Origin: Eledone cirrhosa
Taxonomy: Eukaryota
Direction: 5' to 3'
Length of the DNA stretch: 64,000 nt
Assembly: GCA_964016885.1 (NCBI GenBank)
Contig: OZ024743.1
Location: 140,864,001-140,928,000 of the forward strand
Shown: positions 62,810 to 64,000 of the stretch, piece by piece
How the letters are laid out: every line of letters starts with the position of its first letter
Numbering within the stretch: position 1 is the first letter of the stretch
The notes under the pieces: model-generated
The model's input: the letters and a program-made list of their open reading frames with translations, nothing else
Told to the model about the DNA's origin: nothing
Database searches by the model: none
Translations under genes and position numbers: made by a program

Positions 62810-63160
62810 GTGCTTGGTGCTTGGTGTTTGGTGGTTGGTGTTTGGTGCTTGGTGCTTTTTGCTTGGTGCTTGGTGCTTGGTGTTTGGTGCTTGGTGCTTG
62901 GTGTTTGGTGCTGGGTGCTTGGTGTTTGGTGTTTGGTGTTATATGCTTGGTGTTTGATGCTTGGTGCTTGGTGCTTGGTGTTTGGTGTTTGGTGCTTGGT
63001 GTTTGGTGCTTTTTGCTTGGTGCTTGGTGCTTGGTGTTTGGTGCTTGGTGCTTGGTGTTTGGTGCTGGGTGCTTGGTGTTTGGTGTTTGGTGTTATATGC
63101 TTGGTGTTTGATGCTTGGTGCTTGGTGCTTGGTGTTTGGTGTTTGGTGCTTGGTGTTTGA
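62810..63160 (+). repeat. Local 154-bp (22-monomer) tandem duplication
   Basis: The GCTTTTTGC ... GCTGGGTG ... TTATATGC ... TTGATGC cassette appears twice; ATATGC at 62941 and 63095. Confidence 0.8.
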
Positions 63161-64000
63161 TGCTTGGTGCTTGGTGCTTGGTGTTTGGTGCTTGGTGCTT
63201 GGTGTTTGGTGCTTGGTGCTTGGTGTTTGGTGCTTGGTGTTTGGTGCTTGGTGTTTGGTGCTTGGTGCTTGGTGCTTGGTGCTTGGTGTTTGGTGGTTGG
63301 TGCTTGGTGCTTGGTGTTAGGTGTTTGGTGCTTGGTGCTTGGTGTTTGGTGTTTGGTGCTTGGTGTTTGGTGTTTGGTGCTTGGTGTTTGGTGCTTGGTA
63401 CTTGGTGCTTGGTGCTTGGTGTTAGGTGTTTGGTGCTTGGTGTTTGGTGTCTGGTTTTTGGTGCTTGGTGCTTGGTGCTTAGTGTTTGGTGCTTGGTGCT
63501 TAGTGTTTGGTGCTTGGTGCTTGGTGCTTGGTCCTTGGTGCTTGGTGTTTGGTGGTTGGTGTTTGGTGGTTGGTGTTAGGTGTTTGGTGCTTGGTGCTTG
63601 GTGTTTGGTGTTTGGTGCTTGGTGTTTGGTGTTTGGTGCTTGGTGTTTGGTGCTTGGTACTTGGTGCTTGGTGCTTGGTGTTAGGTGTTTGGTGCTTGGT
63701 GTTTGGTGCTTGGTGTTTGGTGCTTGGTGCTTGGTGCTTGGTGCTTGGTGTTTGGTGGTTGGTGTTTGGTGCTTGGTGTTTGGTGCTTGGTGTTACGTGT
63801 TTGGTGCTTGGTGCTTGGTGTTTGGTGTTTGGTGCTTGGTGTTAGGTGTTTGGTGCTTGGTGTTTGGTGCTTTTTGCTTGGTGCTTGGTGCTTGGTGTTT
63901 GGTGCTGGGTGCTTGGTGCTTGGTGTTTGGTGTTATATGCTTGGTGTTTGATGCTTGGTGCTTGGTGCTTGGTGTTTGGTGTTTGGTGCTTGGTGTTTGA

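Larger units (their letters stand above)
1..64000 (+). repeat. 7-bp tandem satellite array (TTGGTGY)n, about 9,100 monomers, single orientation, extends beyond both window edges
   Basis: Directly visible: continuous TTGGTGC/TTGGTGT units with scattered substitutions and occasional 6-bp monomers (e.g. TTGTAC). The + strand is overwhelmingly T and G with very few A. Monomer count estimated as 64000/7. Confidence 0.99.

Noticed and set aside
2-64000. Hundreds of + strand ORFs encoding (LVLGAWC/LVFGVWC)n hydrophobic peptides, up to 849 aa (34430-36979)
   Set aside because: A 7-bp repeat gives the same heptapeptide in all three frames. Stops are rare only because A is rare. ORFs overlap in every frame, mostly start at TTG/GTG, and have no unique domains.
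1-64000. CRISPR array or other repeat-spacer system
   Set aside because: There are no unique spacers, no 23-50 bp direct repeat separated by novel sequence, and no cas genes. The variants are point mutations of one heptamer.
1-64000. Cyanobacterial STRR-type heptamer repeats
   Set aside because: Those are short tracts lying between or within genes and have different consensus sequences. A gene-free array of 64 kb or more with HORs does not fit.
1-64000. C/T dimorphism as a signature of CpG deamination or fungal RIP
   Set aside because: The variable C is followed by T (CpT), not CpG or CpA, and reciprocal G-to-A changes are comparatively rare.

Overview
The whole 64 kb window is one uninterrupted, single-orientation tandem satellite of a 7-bp monomer, TTGGTGY (TTGGTGC / TTGGTGT; reverse strand GCACCAA / ACACCAA). 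It runs off both ends of the window. I see no genes, RNA genes, mobile elements, CRISPR spacers, inversions or unique sequence. All ORFs in the track are artefacts of translating a stop-poor heptamer (LVLGAWC-type on +, TKHQAPS-type on -). The real structure is hierarchical. Rare variant monomers (TAGGTGT, TATATGC, TTGTAC, TTGCTGC-TGGCTGC, TTCGTGT, TTGATGC and others) recur in fixed order. They define sub-repeats of about 100-400 bp and higher-order repeats (HORs) of about 2.0-4.4 kb, with offsets up to about 9 kb. These fall into successive domains: A about 1-17.6 kb, B about 17.6-45.3 kb, a more divergent C about 45.3-58 kb, and D about 58-64 kb. A eukaryotic heterochromatic (centromeric, pericentromeric or subtelomeric) satellite is the most likely context, but organism and function cannot be determined from this sequence. 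Offsets were counted by hand from marker variants and the ORF track, and block boundaries are approximate.
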